From NCBI RefSeq assembly GCF_030028105.1, contig NC_092370.1, forward strand, positions 186,416,005-186,480,004: a stretch of DNA of 64,000 nt, read 5' to 3'. The notes under the pieces were generated by a model. That model was not told where the DNA came from. It ran no database searches and saw only the letters and a program-made list of their open reading frames with translations. The position numbers and the translations under genes are program-made. This document shows, one piece after another, positions 1 through 11,800 of the stretch. This DNA is from Mobula birostris (Eukaryota). The number at the start of each line of letters is the position of its first letter. Positions within the stretch are counted from its first letter, which is position 1.

Positions 1-112
1 TTCTTGGTGGGGAAATAGGGTGGAGAGAGAAAAATAAATCAGCCATGATCCAATAGTGGAGCAAACTTGTTGGGCTTAATGGCCTAATTCTGCTGTTCTG
101 TCTTATGGTCTT
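1..112 (+). mobile_element. CR1/HER1-type LINE 3' tail fragment
   Basis: ATCAGCCATGAT...AATGGCCTAATTCTGCT...TCTTATGGTCTT is the same tail as the CR1 copies ending near 32535 and 55266. Confidence 0.8.
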
Positions 113-884
113 AATGTGATAGGTTCCTCTGTGTTTCCTCATAATAGTTTATATGGTTTAATTGATTGTGTTTTTTCCATATCTCAACTATCAAAGGAGA
201 AGTAGTTGTTTGTCTGCTAATTGTGGTATATAATTTCTTTCTCTACACCTTCTCAACTTTCTATAATATTCAATCAAGTGTTTCAGGAAGTTTTTGAACC
301 TGATCCCTTGCACCTTAGCTATGGTGCTTGGCTAGCCCATTGTCCCTTTCCTCCAGATCAATAAATTCATTAGTACAAGAGGCCTGCCCTTCCTTGTTGT
401 CTGTTCCATGACAATCTTACCCCATCTTGATGCTATTTTGATATGAACCATCACTATCTCTAATCCAAATTGACTGAGGCTGATCATTGAGATGCTTCTT
501 TTATATGGTTGCTTTGATTGATTGTGTGTGTGTGTATGTTCCCAACCTGAATGTGTTCTGCTAGTTTGACTAGTTGCAGCAGTGGTGTGTTTTAACAGGG
601 AGCCTTTGAGGAATGAGTCAGAGGTCACAGCTGTGTGATTAAATGTGGAACATTGTATTTGTTGTCTTTTGGAGAGAACATTGATTCCCATATAAGGAAG
701 GGATGAAAGAAAACAAGTTTTCTGTATGGAGATCACAAAGGAAGATTGTGAACCTCTTGCAATTTCTTAAAACAATGTTACCAGTTTTATTTTATCATAA
801 TCTGAGCAGGAAAAGTTCTAGGCCATTATGTACTCATGATGTTTCCAAGTATTTGATTTATTGACAGGAGCTTCATAAGGAATG

Positions 885-2000
885 GAAACATGAACAACAT
901 AGAACAGTACAGCACAATACAAGCCCTTTGCACAAGATGTGGTGCTGACCTATTAAGCTTCCTCCATAATCAATCTAACCCGTCCCTCCTACTTAGCCCA
1001 CAAACCGCACCTCCCCCATTTACTTACAACTATTTGTTTATATAAGAGTCTCTTATACTTTCCTATTATATCAGCTGTACTACCACCCCTGGCAGTGCAT
1101 TCTGTTTAAAAAGCCTACACTGACAACTCATCTAAACTTTCCTCCACTCATTTTATAAAAATGTCCTTTGGTACTGGCTGTTACTGCTCAGGGAAAAAAG
1201 GTGCAGGTTGTTCACTCTATCTGTGCTTTTCATAAAATTATGCACCACCGTGTCGCCTCTCATCATTCTTCGCTGCAAAGAGAAAAGACCTAGCTCGCTC
1301 AACCTTTCCTATACTCTCTAAAGCTTCCACATCCTTACTATAAAGACATAACCAGAACTGAATACAGTGTTCCAAGTGTGATCTAACCAAAATTTTCTAG
1401 ATCTGCAACATTACCTTTTGGCCTTGAACTCAATTCCCTGACAAATGAAGGCCAGAACACCACTTGCCTTGTTAAGCACCATATCAACTTGTGTGACAAC
1501 TTGGAGGATCAATGGATTTGGATGCCAAGAACCCTCTGTTCCTTCACAGTGCTAAGAATTTTTCCATAACCTTGTACTCTGCCTTCAAGTTTGATCTTCC
1601 AAAGTGTATAACTTCACACTTTTCTGGATTGAACTCTATCCGCCAGTTCTTCATCCAGCTCTACATCCCACCTATATCTTGTTGTAACCTCCAACAACTT
1701 TTTGAGCTATCCACAGCATCATCAATGTTCATGTCATCTGCAAACTTACTAACACATCCTTACACTTCCTCATCCAAGTTATTGATAAAAATCACAAGTA
1801 TAGGGATCCCAGAACAGATCTCTTTAGAAATCCACTAGTCATCAATATCCAGGCAGAATATGCTCCATCTACAACCACTCTTTGCCTTCTGAGGGCAAGC
1901 CAATCCTGAATCCATGCAGCCAAATTTCAACGGATCACTTGCCTCATGACTTTCTGGGGGTGAGCTTAGCCCAAGGAGCTTTGTCAAATAGAACCTTCCC
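885..2000 (-). mobile_element. CR1 LINE 3' fragment (RT C-terminal region and tail), degraded
   Basis: Starts with the reverse-complemented tail AACATAGAACAGTACAGCACAA. The minus strand contains RT remnants (GTCATCTGCAAACTT = KFADD antisense). Confidence 0.85.
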
Positions 2001-2078
2001 ATGAAGTGTATGATATTTTTTCTTGGGTTATCTTTACTAAAGGAATCACTTTCTTTGTGCTTGGCACATGCCATAATA

Positions 2079-3346
2079 CAGAGGTCCCCAACCACCGGGC
2101 TGTGGACCGGTACTGGGCCGCAAAGCATGTGCTACCGGGCCGCAGAGCATGTGCTACTGGGCCACGAGGAAACGATATGATTTGGTGATATAAGTCAGCT
2201 GCACCTTTCCTGATTCCCTGTCAAGCCCACTGTTGAGCCATTATGCATGCGAGGTCATTACCCGCGTGTCATCCATGTCAGCGCGGGAAGGAGATCAACT
2301 CCTCGAGCTTGCAAATGACGGCGGGCAGAAAAATATGTTTGACATAATATTTCTGCCAGCATTCTGGATCAAAGTCAAGGCTAAAAATCCTGAGATAGCC
2401 ACTAAAGCACTGAAAGCGTTCCTTCCATTTCCAACATTTTTCTGCGAAGCGAAAAATTTTCTGCAATGAATGCAATGAAAACTAAATTGCGGAATAGGCT
2501 GGACATAAGGAACCCCCTTCGAGTATTGTTGTCTCCCATCACCCCTCGAAAGGACCGTCTTGTTGCAGGAAAACAAGCCCAGGGCTCCCACTGATTCAGC
2601 GATATTGGTGTGTTGCAATGATTTTATATGTTCATACGAGGAAAATATGCACAGTGTGTTTAATATCCAAACGTTACTTAAAATGTTATGATGCTATTGA
2701 CTTACTTATATAACCATATAACAATTACAGCACGGAAACAGGCCATCTCGGCCCTTCTAGTCCGTGCCGAAAGCTACTCTCACCTAGTCCCACCGACCTG
2801 CACTCAGCCCATAACCCTCCATTCCTTTCCTGTCCGTATAGCTATCCAATTTAACTTTAAGTGACAACATCGAGCCTGCCTCTACCACTTCTACTGGAAG
2901 TTCATTCAACACTTACTTCAAACTCCCTTGTCCTCCCCTGATAATTGACTTATCACTATATTCATGCGAGGTAAATATGCGCTGTGTGTTTAATATTAAA
3001 TTCGTTAGATAAACACACTTTTAGAAAGGAAATTGAGTGTATTAGCCACTTATATTCCGGTCGTGATTAACAACCCCCCCCCCCCCCGAACAGAATCGCC
3101 GAAAACGATTTGCTTGGAAAAACATCGTCAGGTACACGCATGCGCAGGTAACGCATGCGCACTGGTGCCTGCGCAAGGCTTCAGGGTCATTGTAGTCTTT
3201 TCTGGGTAAACACAACGTATTTGACTGCTACTCTTGTCCGTTGGCAACCCTACGCACCCCCCCCCCCCCGCCCCCGGTCGGCCGGTCTGCAAGAACATTG
3301 TCAATATTAAACCGGTCCGCAGTGCAAAAAAGATTGGGGACCCCTG
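2079..3346 (+). mobile_element. Non-autonomous hAT DNA transposon (Buster/Charlie type) with transposase C-terminal remnant
   Basis: TIRs CAGAGGTCCCCAA...TTGGGGACCCCTG. Perfect 8-bp TSD CCATAATA at 2071-2078 and 3347-3354, matching the Buster nnnTAnnn target. hATC-like peptides FWIKVKAKNPEIATKALKAFLPFPT and KTKLRNRLDI...QAQGSH*. Confidence 0.93.
2708..2910 (-). mobile_element. Short 5'-truncated CR1 3' end nested in the hAT element
   Basis: Reverse CR1 tail (ACAGCACGGAAACAGGCCATCTCGGCCC...). 8-bp TSD ACTTACTT at 2700-2707 and 2911-2918. Confidence 0.85.
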
Positions 3347-3461
3347 CCATAATAGATAAAACACCTGTTTGCAAACTGAAAACCCTAACTTTAGGCCCAA
3401 ACAATGCCTGTTTCAGAGGACTGAGAGAAGTCAGTTTTGTCCCTTTAAAGGCGATACTTAA

Positions 3462-5870
3462 CGTAGAACATACAAGATGGAACAGTACAGCACAGTGCAG
3501 GCCCTTCGGCCCACAATGCTGTGACTACCCTTTAACTTACTCCAAGATCAATCTAACCTTTCCCTTCAACAAAGCCCTGACTTTTCCTTTCATCAGGGTA
3601 CCTATTTAAGTGTCTCTTAAATGTTCCTAATGCATCTGCCTCTACCATCAAACCTAGCAGTGCCTTCCACGCACCTACAACCCTCTGTGCAAAAAAAAAA
3701 CTACCTCTGACATCCCTCCTATGCTTTCCTCCAAGCAGCTTAAAGTTATGCCCCTTGTATTAGCTATTTCCGCCCGGGGAAAAAGTCTCTGGCTGTTCTC
3801 ACTATTTTATGCCTCTTATCATCTTGTACATCTCTGTAATGTCACCTTTCATCTTCCTTCTCTCCAAAGAGAAAAACTCTAGCTCACGCAATCTATCCTA
3901 ATAAGACATGCTATCTAATCCAGGCAGCATCCTGGCAAATTTCCTCTGTACCCTCTCTGAAGCCTCCAGATCTTTCATATATTGAGGCCTCTAGAACTGA
4001 ACGCAATGCTCCTGGTGTGGTCTAACCAGAGTTTCATAGAGCTGCAACATTACCTCATGGCTTTTGAACTCAATCCCCAACTAATGAAGGGCAACAAACT
4101 GTACACCTTCTTAACCGCCCTATCAACTTGTGCTGCAACTTTGAGGGATCTTCCCCCAAAATCCTTCTGTTCCTTCACACTGTTAAGAATTCTGCTATTA
4201 ACATTCTGCCTTCAAGTTTGACCTTTCAAAGTGAATCACTTCACACTTTTCTGGATTGAACTCCATTTGCCACTTCTCAGCCCAGCTCAACATCCTATCA
4301 GTGTTCCTTTGTAACCTATGGCAAACTTCTATACTATCCATAACACCACCAAACTTCACGTCAGCAACAAACTTACTAACTCATCCTTCAACTTCCTCAT
4401 GCAAGTTATATATAAAAATCACAGAGAGCAGGGGTCCCAGAGCAGATCCTTTGGAACACCACTAGTCACAGACCCCCAAGCAGAATACACTCCTTTGCCT
4501 AATTCTGAACCCACACAACCAAGCTTCCCTGCATCCCATGTTTCCTGACTTTCTGAATGAGCCTATCATGTGGATCACCATTTCCACTACTCTGCCTTCA
4601 TCAGCATGTTTGTTGCTTCCTCAAAGAATTCAGTCAGATTCATGACACATGATCTGTCCTTTACAAAGCCGTGCTGACTACTCCTAATGAGGTTATGCTT
4701 CTCCAGTGCTCATATATCCTGTCTATAGAAATCCTCTCTAGAGGTTGGCCACCACTGACGTAAAACTCACTGGCCTGTAATTTCCAGAGTTATCCCTGTT
4801 AACTTTTCTGAATAAAAGAATAACATTTGCCACCTTCCAATCCCCTGACACTATTCCTTTGGCCAGTGAGGATGCAAAGGTAAATGCCAAAGGCACAGAT
4901 ATCTCTTCTCCCATATTTTCTGTAGTAAAGTAATCTGGGGGATATCCCGTACAGCCCCAGATTCTTATTTATCCTAATGTTTATCAAAGTTACAGCATTT
5001 TCTCTTTCTTAACCTTGACATTGTTCCAGCATATCAGCCTGTTCCATCTGGTCTCAAATTTGTTGGTCTCTCTCATTGGTGAATACTGAAGTAAAGTAAT
5101 AATTAAGGACCTCCCCTACCTCCTCCGACTCCAAGCAAGTTTCCTCTTTTATCTCTGATTGGTCCTACACACACTGTAGTCTTCCCTCTGTTCTACACAT
5201 ACTGTGTAGAATGCTTTGGGGTTTTCCTTAGCCCTTCTCGCCAATGCCTTCTGGTGTCCACTTCTACTCTCTTAAGTCCTTTGTTAAACTGTCAAGAGCC
5301 CTGTCTGATCTTTGCTTTCTAAACCTTAAGTATGCTGTCTTCCTCTTGACTAGATGTTCCACATATCTTGTCAACCATGTTTCCTTCATCCTACCATCAT
5401 TCCTCTGCCTCAGTGGAATAAATTTATCCAACACTTGATGCAGGTTCTCCATAAACAACCATTGTGCATTTCCCTGAGTAAGTATGTTCCTATTTTACAC
5501 TCTCAAGTTCCTACCTGATAGCATCATAATTCTCCTTTCCTCAATTCCATACCATTGGCTCCTATCCCTGTTCAAGGTTATCGTAAAGGTCGTGGAATTG
5601 TGGTCACTGTCTTTGAAATGATCACCCAGTGCGAGATCTGTTACCTCTGCAGGTTCATTGCTTAGTACCAGATCTAGTATGGCATCTTCCCTAGTCAGCT
5701 TTTCTGCATACTGGATCAGGAATCCTTCCTGAATACACCTAACAAATTCCATCTAAGACTTCTGCACTGAGGAGGTGCCAATCAATATTAGGGAAATTGA
5801 AGTCACCCATGACAACAACCCAGTTATTTTTGCATCTTTCTTAAATCTGACTCCCCCGCTGCACCTCATT
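3462..5870 (-). mobile_element. CR1 LINE ORF2 remnant (endonuclease C-terminus to 3' tail, internally deleted)
   Basis: ORF 5495-5752 (AILDLVLSNEP...GDHFKDSDHN) carries the APE endonuclease SDH motif. ORF 5264-5458 is the CR1 linker, and the reverse tail lies at about 3465-3525. Confidence 0.92.
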
Positions 5871-7617
5871 GTCTTTGTTGCTGTTGTATATACTATTGGA
5901 AGTGGATTTGGTTCAAATCCTCATATCCATTTGCTTACATAAGGCTGTTAATGTAATGAAGGGAAAAAGAAGCTGGGAGCTAAAGCAAAAGTCTCTTCAG
6001 CTAGAAAAATGTTACAGGTTTATTAAAATCAAATTGTACAGTAAAGCCATTGTACACATCGTTGCAGACTGATTTGTGGACATTAGTTCTGTTCAGTATT
6101 GCAAAACATTTTGACACATTAAGACATTTTAAATAAGATGTACTTAAGAGTATATGCTCTTTTATAGTCAGACATGCACTAAAATTATGCCATTTTGTTT
6201 TGTTCACAGATTTACAAAATACTGACTGCTGTGCATTAGGAGTGCTTTGCACTAGAAGGATTCTCCATAGGATAACATTGTAAATTGGGTGCCACCTCAG
6301 CTGCAAGAGAACTGGATGCAGGCCCAAGATACCCAAGAAATGCCTTTAGAAGACTTGAGTCCTGAATAACAGCATCCTAAAATGGTTGCTAGTTTTACAC
6401 CAGTTTGGTAAATAGATTGACTGGACAGCTAATCTGTTCTACCAACTGTACTAAGCCTAATTACATAGTAATTTATAAGGCATGTGTCAGCCTGTATCTG
6501 GCTGTTCCCTGACAATACACTGGCATGAACTTTGTTACTACCTTTATTAATCGAAGTATTCTCCTACAGAAAAAAGTCTGTAGGGTTCTTGTGCCTGTGT
6601 GGAAGGGACAGTATCTTATCTCTTCCAGCTGATGCATACCCCAGTTGGTTTTGCAGGCTTCTAGCTTGTTTGTATACACTACAGAGGTCATATGGAGAGC
6701 TTGATGGCAGATGAATTGTATTCCCATTGTTTATAAATACAATGTAGACTTTGTTCTCTGGGTGGCGTGCAATGATGGTGTCTAGCCCAAGAACTTGATG
6801 TGCCTGGTCACAGCCCACTGCAATGGTTGCAGCCACAGAAATGGATGTAGTAGATCTAAATGAAGACGGCATCTTTTATGAATGAAGCACACTAATTCCT
6901 TAATTTCGTTGGACGACAAATGCTTTGGAAATTTAGGAAAATGCTGAAGTGGTGGAGAAAACGAATGTGTTCAGTTCATATGCACCTAAGGAATGTGATT
7001 ACAGAACATTTTTATGAACTTCATAATTAACATGCAGACTTTTAAACCAATGAAGAGCAATGTTATGAACATTATAAGCTAGTTATTAGTGTAAAGCTGG
7101 TTCAAAAATGTACTGAAAAAGTGACATTTAATCTATTTTAAACTGCTGAGGTTTTGGGATGCTTGGTTCAATGTAGCCTAACAAACAGTTTTTTTTTATC
7201 ATGACTTTGTGAAAGAGTGTTGGTGCCTCTGAGTTTTCATAATGTGCTTGTTCTTTGCCAATCAGTTAAGGCTTTTTCTAGAAGGTTATTTCACCTGCAA
7301 AGATCTAGAATATTGGCGGGTAACTATTAGAAAAATATGGAGTAGAAATTTGCTGGTAAAAAGGACTCCAGCTCCTATGGTGTGCTAGATATTCATACTT
7401 TACACATTTTTTTTTACATATGCTAAACATGAAAGGTCTGAAATAAGCTCTGCAAGCAGTGTGTCACACAGTAAAATAAAAAATGGAACAAGACTGCGTG
7501 TTGTGTCTGGGATCGTGATTGTAACAGTTCTCATCCTTCTAGTGTTATTTCCTAGCAACTATTACTTGGCCCATGTTTCCAATATTGCTTGATCTTGGTG
7601 CTTGTGCTCCTCTCCAG

Positions 7618-7626
7618 CATTCGGAT
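7618..7626 (+). CDS. Candidate 9-nt microexon (CATTCGGAT) of an unidentified host gene
   Basis: Acceptor TGCTCCTCTCCAG, donor GTGAGT, 60-nt AG-free zone, three upstream TGC motifs, frame-preserving length, no internal stop in any phase, and no recognisable repeats nearby. Confidence 0.5.
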
Positions 7627-8919
7627 GTGAGTGTGATGTTGTTCCAACTAGTTATTATAATTTTACCAGACACATAAGACTTGGATTTAATGAGCAAAGT
7701 TTTTGACATGTTGTAAAGGTAATCAAGAACTGGTAAAATTAACAGCAATGGCAATGAAAAATAGAGTCAAAGATGGACCTAAAAGTGATCGTACGGTTTG
7801 AAACTTTCTAGTCCAGCACCTTTAGGATCTGACTGATGCCAGACCGCAGAAATTGTCCCATAATCATCTTCCTCTGAGTAGGAAAACTTTTTTTAAAGTA
7901 TAGACACTCTCTGAGTTGTGTAATGGTTCCAAGGACTGTCCATAACCTGAACTTTCGGCAGAGCCAAAATGCTGTTGGCCAAGACCACAAAAGTTGCAGT
8001 GGTAGATTAATTAATTATGGGTTAATACAGATCATAGCTAATTAAACCTTAGTTTGACCTTAGAAGTAGTCAATTAGTACAGATCCCTACTATAAATTTC
8101 AAACCATGCTGGACCAGAGAGTTTCAACCTGTATTTGGAAGGTAAAATTCAGAATTAATCACATATCTTAAAGAAACATATTTTAAAGGTGGTGTGGAGT
8201 TGATACATTAATCTTGTAAAAATTATTTTTGGTGGCTTAAGTGAGAAAATTGAATGATGAAACTGGGTCCAGGAAGGGTTAAGTAATGTTGTTTAAATAT
8301 TATCTAGATTAAGTTCAAACAAATATATAATTTATAAGTAAATGACTATTTACTATTGCCATGAAATAAGGACATATTGTGTATGACATTCGACATGGTT
8401 GAACTTATGACAAACAACACATGTTCAGAGCAGAATGTTCTGGTTCCAAACGCACTCATATTGAAATTTCAAACACAGCACCATCTGCAGGCCTTATCTA
8501 CTCAATGATATAATTTTACATTTCAATCATATAATTTTACCTCTTCTATTGCATCCACATCCCCATGAGCATGGATCCATATTACAGCTGGACTATGTCA
8601 AGGTTTTTGACCATTCCAGAAGCACTGTCATATTTGACCAATGGGATTAATCAGAACTTGTGGATACAACCCAATTGAAGAGTCTAATCAGATTTTATTT
8701 TTAATTCATTCTTAGATTATGCTACTTTTTTTTACCTGCTGCGTAGGCAAACATTTATTACCCATTTTGGAGGGTTGTCTTAAATGTTGCTTGGTACTAC
8801 TGAATATTAGATGAGACAACTTCCATAAATCATGATATTGTGATCCTGAATCATATGAAAGCCAATCCAAAACTTGTCTTCCCTAAAGTGCAGTACTGGA
8901 GCTCAATGATTAGTATTTC

Positions 8920-9030
8920 CACAAGGCCCTGTCTGCCCTCTGGGTAGGACCTAAAATATCCCGATATATCAACATATCTTACTGGATGTGAATCACTGTC
9001 ATGAAGGCTCCTTACAGAAGTGCATGCTTA
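8920..9030 (+). mobile_element. Degraded Deu-domain (SacSINE1/AmnSINE-like) SINE fragment
   Basis: AGGCCCTGTCTGCCCTCTGGGTAGGACCTAAAATATCCC resembles the Deu-SINE body as I recall it. Confidence 0.45.
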
Positions 9031-9424
9031 AAGCACCATATTTATTGCAATGGATGAAGGAATGGAGATTCCGAAGTTCTACAACTTTGAAATTTGGGAA
9101 CAGCTATTGCCTTTGAAAATCTGCTTTCAACAGTATTGTCCAGATATAGTTATGTATGCAACAGTTGTGTTTTTCATTTTACTAATGTTGAAGAAGTATA
9201 ATTTTGTATGATTATCAAGCTTTTATTTGTTAATTTTACATGCCTCAAAGGTGTCAATATTATTCACTTATAATCTGATCTACAAAAATATGAATTTGAC
9301 TGTAAATACACTTGACCCATTTCTTAGGTTACATAATTCCTACTGCTAACAATTAATGTGGAAGTTTGAATTTTTTTAATCAAAAAAGTGTTTTGAAAAG
9401 CAGTGTAGACCTGGAAACCTAAAT

Positions 9425-9605
9425 AAAACAAAAGAAAATGCTGGAGGTATTCAGCAGATCAGGCAGCATCTGTGGAGATGGAAACGAAGTTAAAATTTCA
9501 GGGTGACTTTTCATCAGGCGTTGATCTGAAACTTCAACTTTGTTTCTCTGTCTACAGATGCAGACCTTTCTGTAGAGTATCTTCAATATTTTCTGTTTCT
9601 ATTTG
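9425..9605. mobile_element. Penelope pLTR-derived fold-back (inverted repeat) fragment
   Basis: The arm AAATGCTGGAGGTATTCAGCAGATCAGGCAGCATCTGTGGAGA and its degenerate reverse complement match the pLTR ends of the Penelope copies at 49135 and 51730. Confidence 0.75.
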
Positions 9606-10427
9606 AAGGGAACCTGAAGAAGAATTCAGCAGGATATAGGAATATTCTCAGTTGAGGGAAGCGCTCACGCAGAACTTGGTGTGTTTGGATAGAGTATAAT
9701 AAGGTTGTGTCAGAACAATTTTGTGTATCTTTTCTCAGTTCTCAAATTCTAATATTTTTCACCATTAGGCTGATGTTCTAGGACATGGCATCTAATAATC
9801 TAAACATTAGGAAAAATGCAAATATTCTGATGGAGCTATAAATATTCTATTTATATTATAAAATTTTCTGTGCACTAGTGTAATAATAAATAATAGCATA
9901 AATAACATGGATAATCATATAATCATGTAATATAAATGTTAACCATACTTAATTCTCTGAGTTTATTGATATCTAATTGTAAAATAATAGAGTAATTTGT
10001 TTGTTTATAATGCAAACAATGCCACAGAGTAATTAAAAACAGGTATTATTCATAACGTCTTGCCATGACATCTTTTAGAGTTATAATAATTATTCTGAAG
10101 GCTATTTTAGATTCGAATGTAAAGAAGCCTAGCTATAGATGTAAATGAGAACCATGATAATTGCTACATAATATCAGATGCAATTTCATCAGTAAAGTTA
10201 TGAAATACATATTAATTCCATATAGAATAATAAGTTAAATGTTAGATTATTTAGGGACCATTACATATGTTGATGGCGAAGCTGCAAGAAGTTTAGTCAA
10301 AACCTAAGCAGATAATTAATGACTTCATTGTTTTGTTAAATAGTCAGAAAAGTCAATTTGGGGATTTATCAATATGTACAACAGCAGAATACTTAAATGC
10401 AAGATTCTGAAGATGTTGGAACTCTTG

Positions 10428-10572
10428 AGCAACACACACATAATGCTTAAGGAATTAAGCAAGTCAGGCAGCACCTATGGAGGGAAAACAGTTGCCGTTT
10501 CAGGTCTCAGCCTGAAATGTTGGCTGTTTATTCCCCTCCACAGATGATGTCTGACACACTTACTTCCTCCAG
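10428..10572. mobile_element. Penelope pLTR-derived fold-back fragment
   Basis: GCAACACACACATAATGCT...CAGGCAGCACCTATGGAGGGAA and the inverted TTCCCCTCCACAGATGATGTCTGAC. Confidence 0.75.
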
Positions 10573-10754
10573 GTAGCATACTATTAATCCTGGATGCAGT
10601 TATGGCATTGTTGGTGTTCTTTAAAATTGTGTTTACTAGTCCTGTATTTATTTTTAACTCTTAGTGACCAAAATGTTGCCAAGTAAAAATTTATGTTTTT
10701 ACATTTGTTATTACATTTTTATTAACTACATGCCAACTAATTAATATTCATTAA

Positions 10755-11250
10755 CAGAGAACATAGAGATCTACAGTATATTACAGACCCTTCGGCTTAC
10801 AATGTTGTGCTGACCATGTACAACCTACTCTAGAAACTGCCTAGAATTACGCTACTGTGTAGCCCTCTATTTTTCTAAGCTCCTTGTACCTATCTAAGAG
10901 ATTCTTCAAAGACCTTATTGTATCCGCCTCCACCAAAGTCACCGGCAGTGCATTCCACATACCCATCACTTTCTGTGTGAAAAACTTACCCCTGACATCC
11001 CCTCTGTACCTACTTCCAAACACCTTAAAACTATGCCCCCTCTTGGTAGCTATTTCAGCCCTGAGAAAAAACCTCTGGCTATCCACATGATCAGTGCCTC
11101 TCATCTTACATATCTCTATCAGGTCACGTCTCATCCTCCATTGCTCCAAGGAGAAAAGGCCAAGTTCACTCAACCTATTCTCATAAGGCATACTCTCCAA
11201 TCCAGGCAACATCCTTGTAAATCTCTTCCACATTCTTTCTATAGTATCCA
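10755..11250 (-). mobile_element. CR1 LINE 3' fragment
   Basis: ORF 10847-11275 (RFTRMLPGLESMPYENRLSELGLFSLE...RGHSFKV...FFTQKVMGMWNALP) is the CR1 ORF2 C-terminus. Confidence 0.92.
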
Positions 11251-11704
11251 CAAGATTTTCTTTTACATTATTCATCGTTTACAGCCTGTTTAACACTGAA
11301 ATCTCTTAAACTCTGTCATATGCAGGGATAACCTGTTGATATTTCATGTCATTAGCTGATGTGCTTTCTTCTGTTTGTTGGCTTTATTTCTACCAAGTTA
11401 CTTACGTCTCTGTCAGGTTAATTTTTTAAGATTATCAATAACCTTTGCTTTTTATTGTTAAGCCATTGGGTTAAAGCATTGTTCTTCAAATCTGCTATTG
11501 TTCAGTCATTTCCCAGAAAGTCCATTCCAGACTAATGCAGATCTAGATACCTGGGTTGAGCTACGTGATAGGTCTGATACATTTTTGATTCCATACTGTC
11601 ACTTGTCTCCATTGGCAGAGCCCGAATATGCTGGGATGGCCTAGCATTATGATGGAAGAATCCACTAATGAATTCCTAACTTTGATTATGTGTGAGTCTG
11701 TGTG

Positions 11705-11800
11705 TGTCATTTGTGAATGCTTGCAGGAAAATGAATTTCAGGGTAGTATATGGTGACATATACATACTTTGATAATTTATTTCCTTTGAATTTCAAACTT
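11705..11800 (+). mobile_element. Rex1/Babar-type LINE 3' tail fragment
   Basis: GCAGGAAAATGAATTTCAGGGTAGTATATGGTGACATATACATACTTTGATAAT is the sense version of the tails at 33000, 43600 and 56403. Confidence 0.7.

Noticed and set aside
332-736. 134-aa minus-strand ORF
   Set aside because: No recognisable domain or splice signals; it includes a TG microsatellite and is consistent with chance.
6564-6872. 102-aa minus-strand ORF in unique sequence
   Set aside because: No family resemblance and no convincing exon boundaries.
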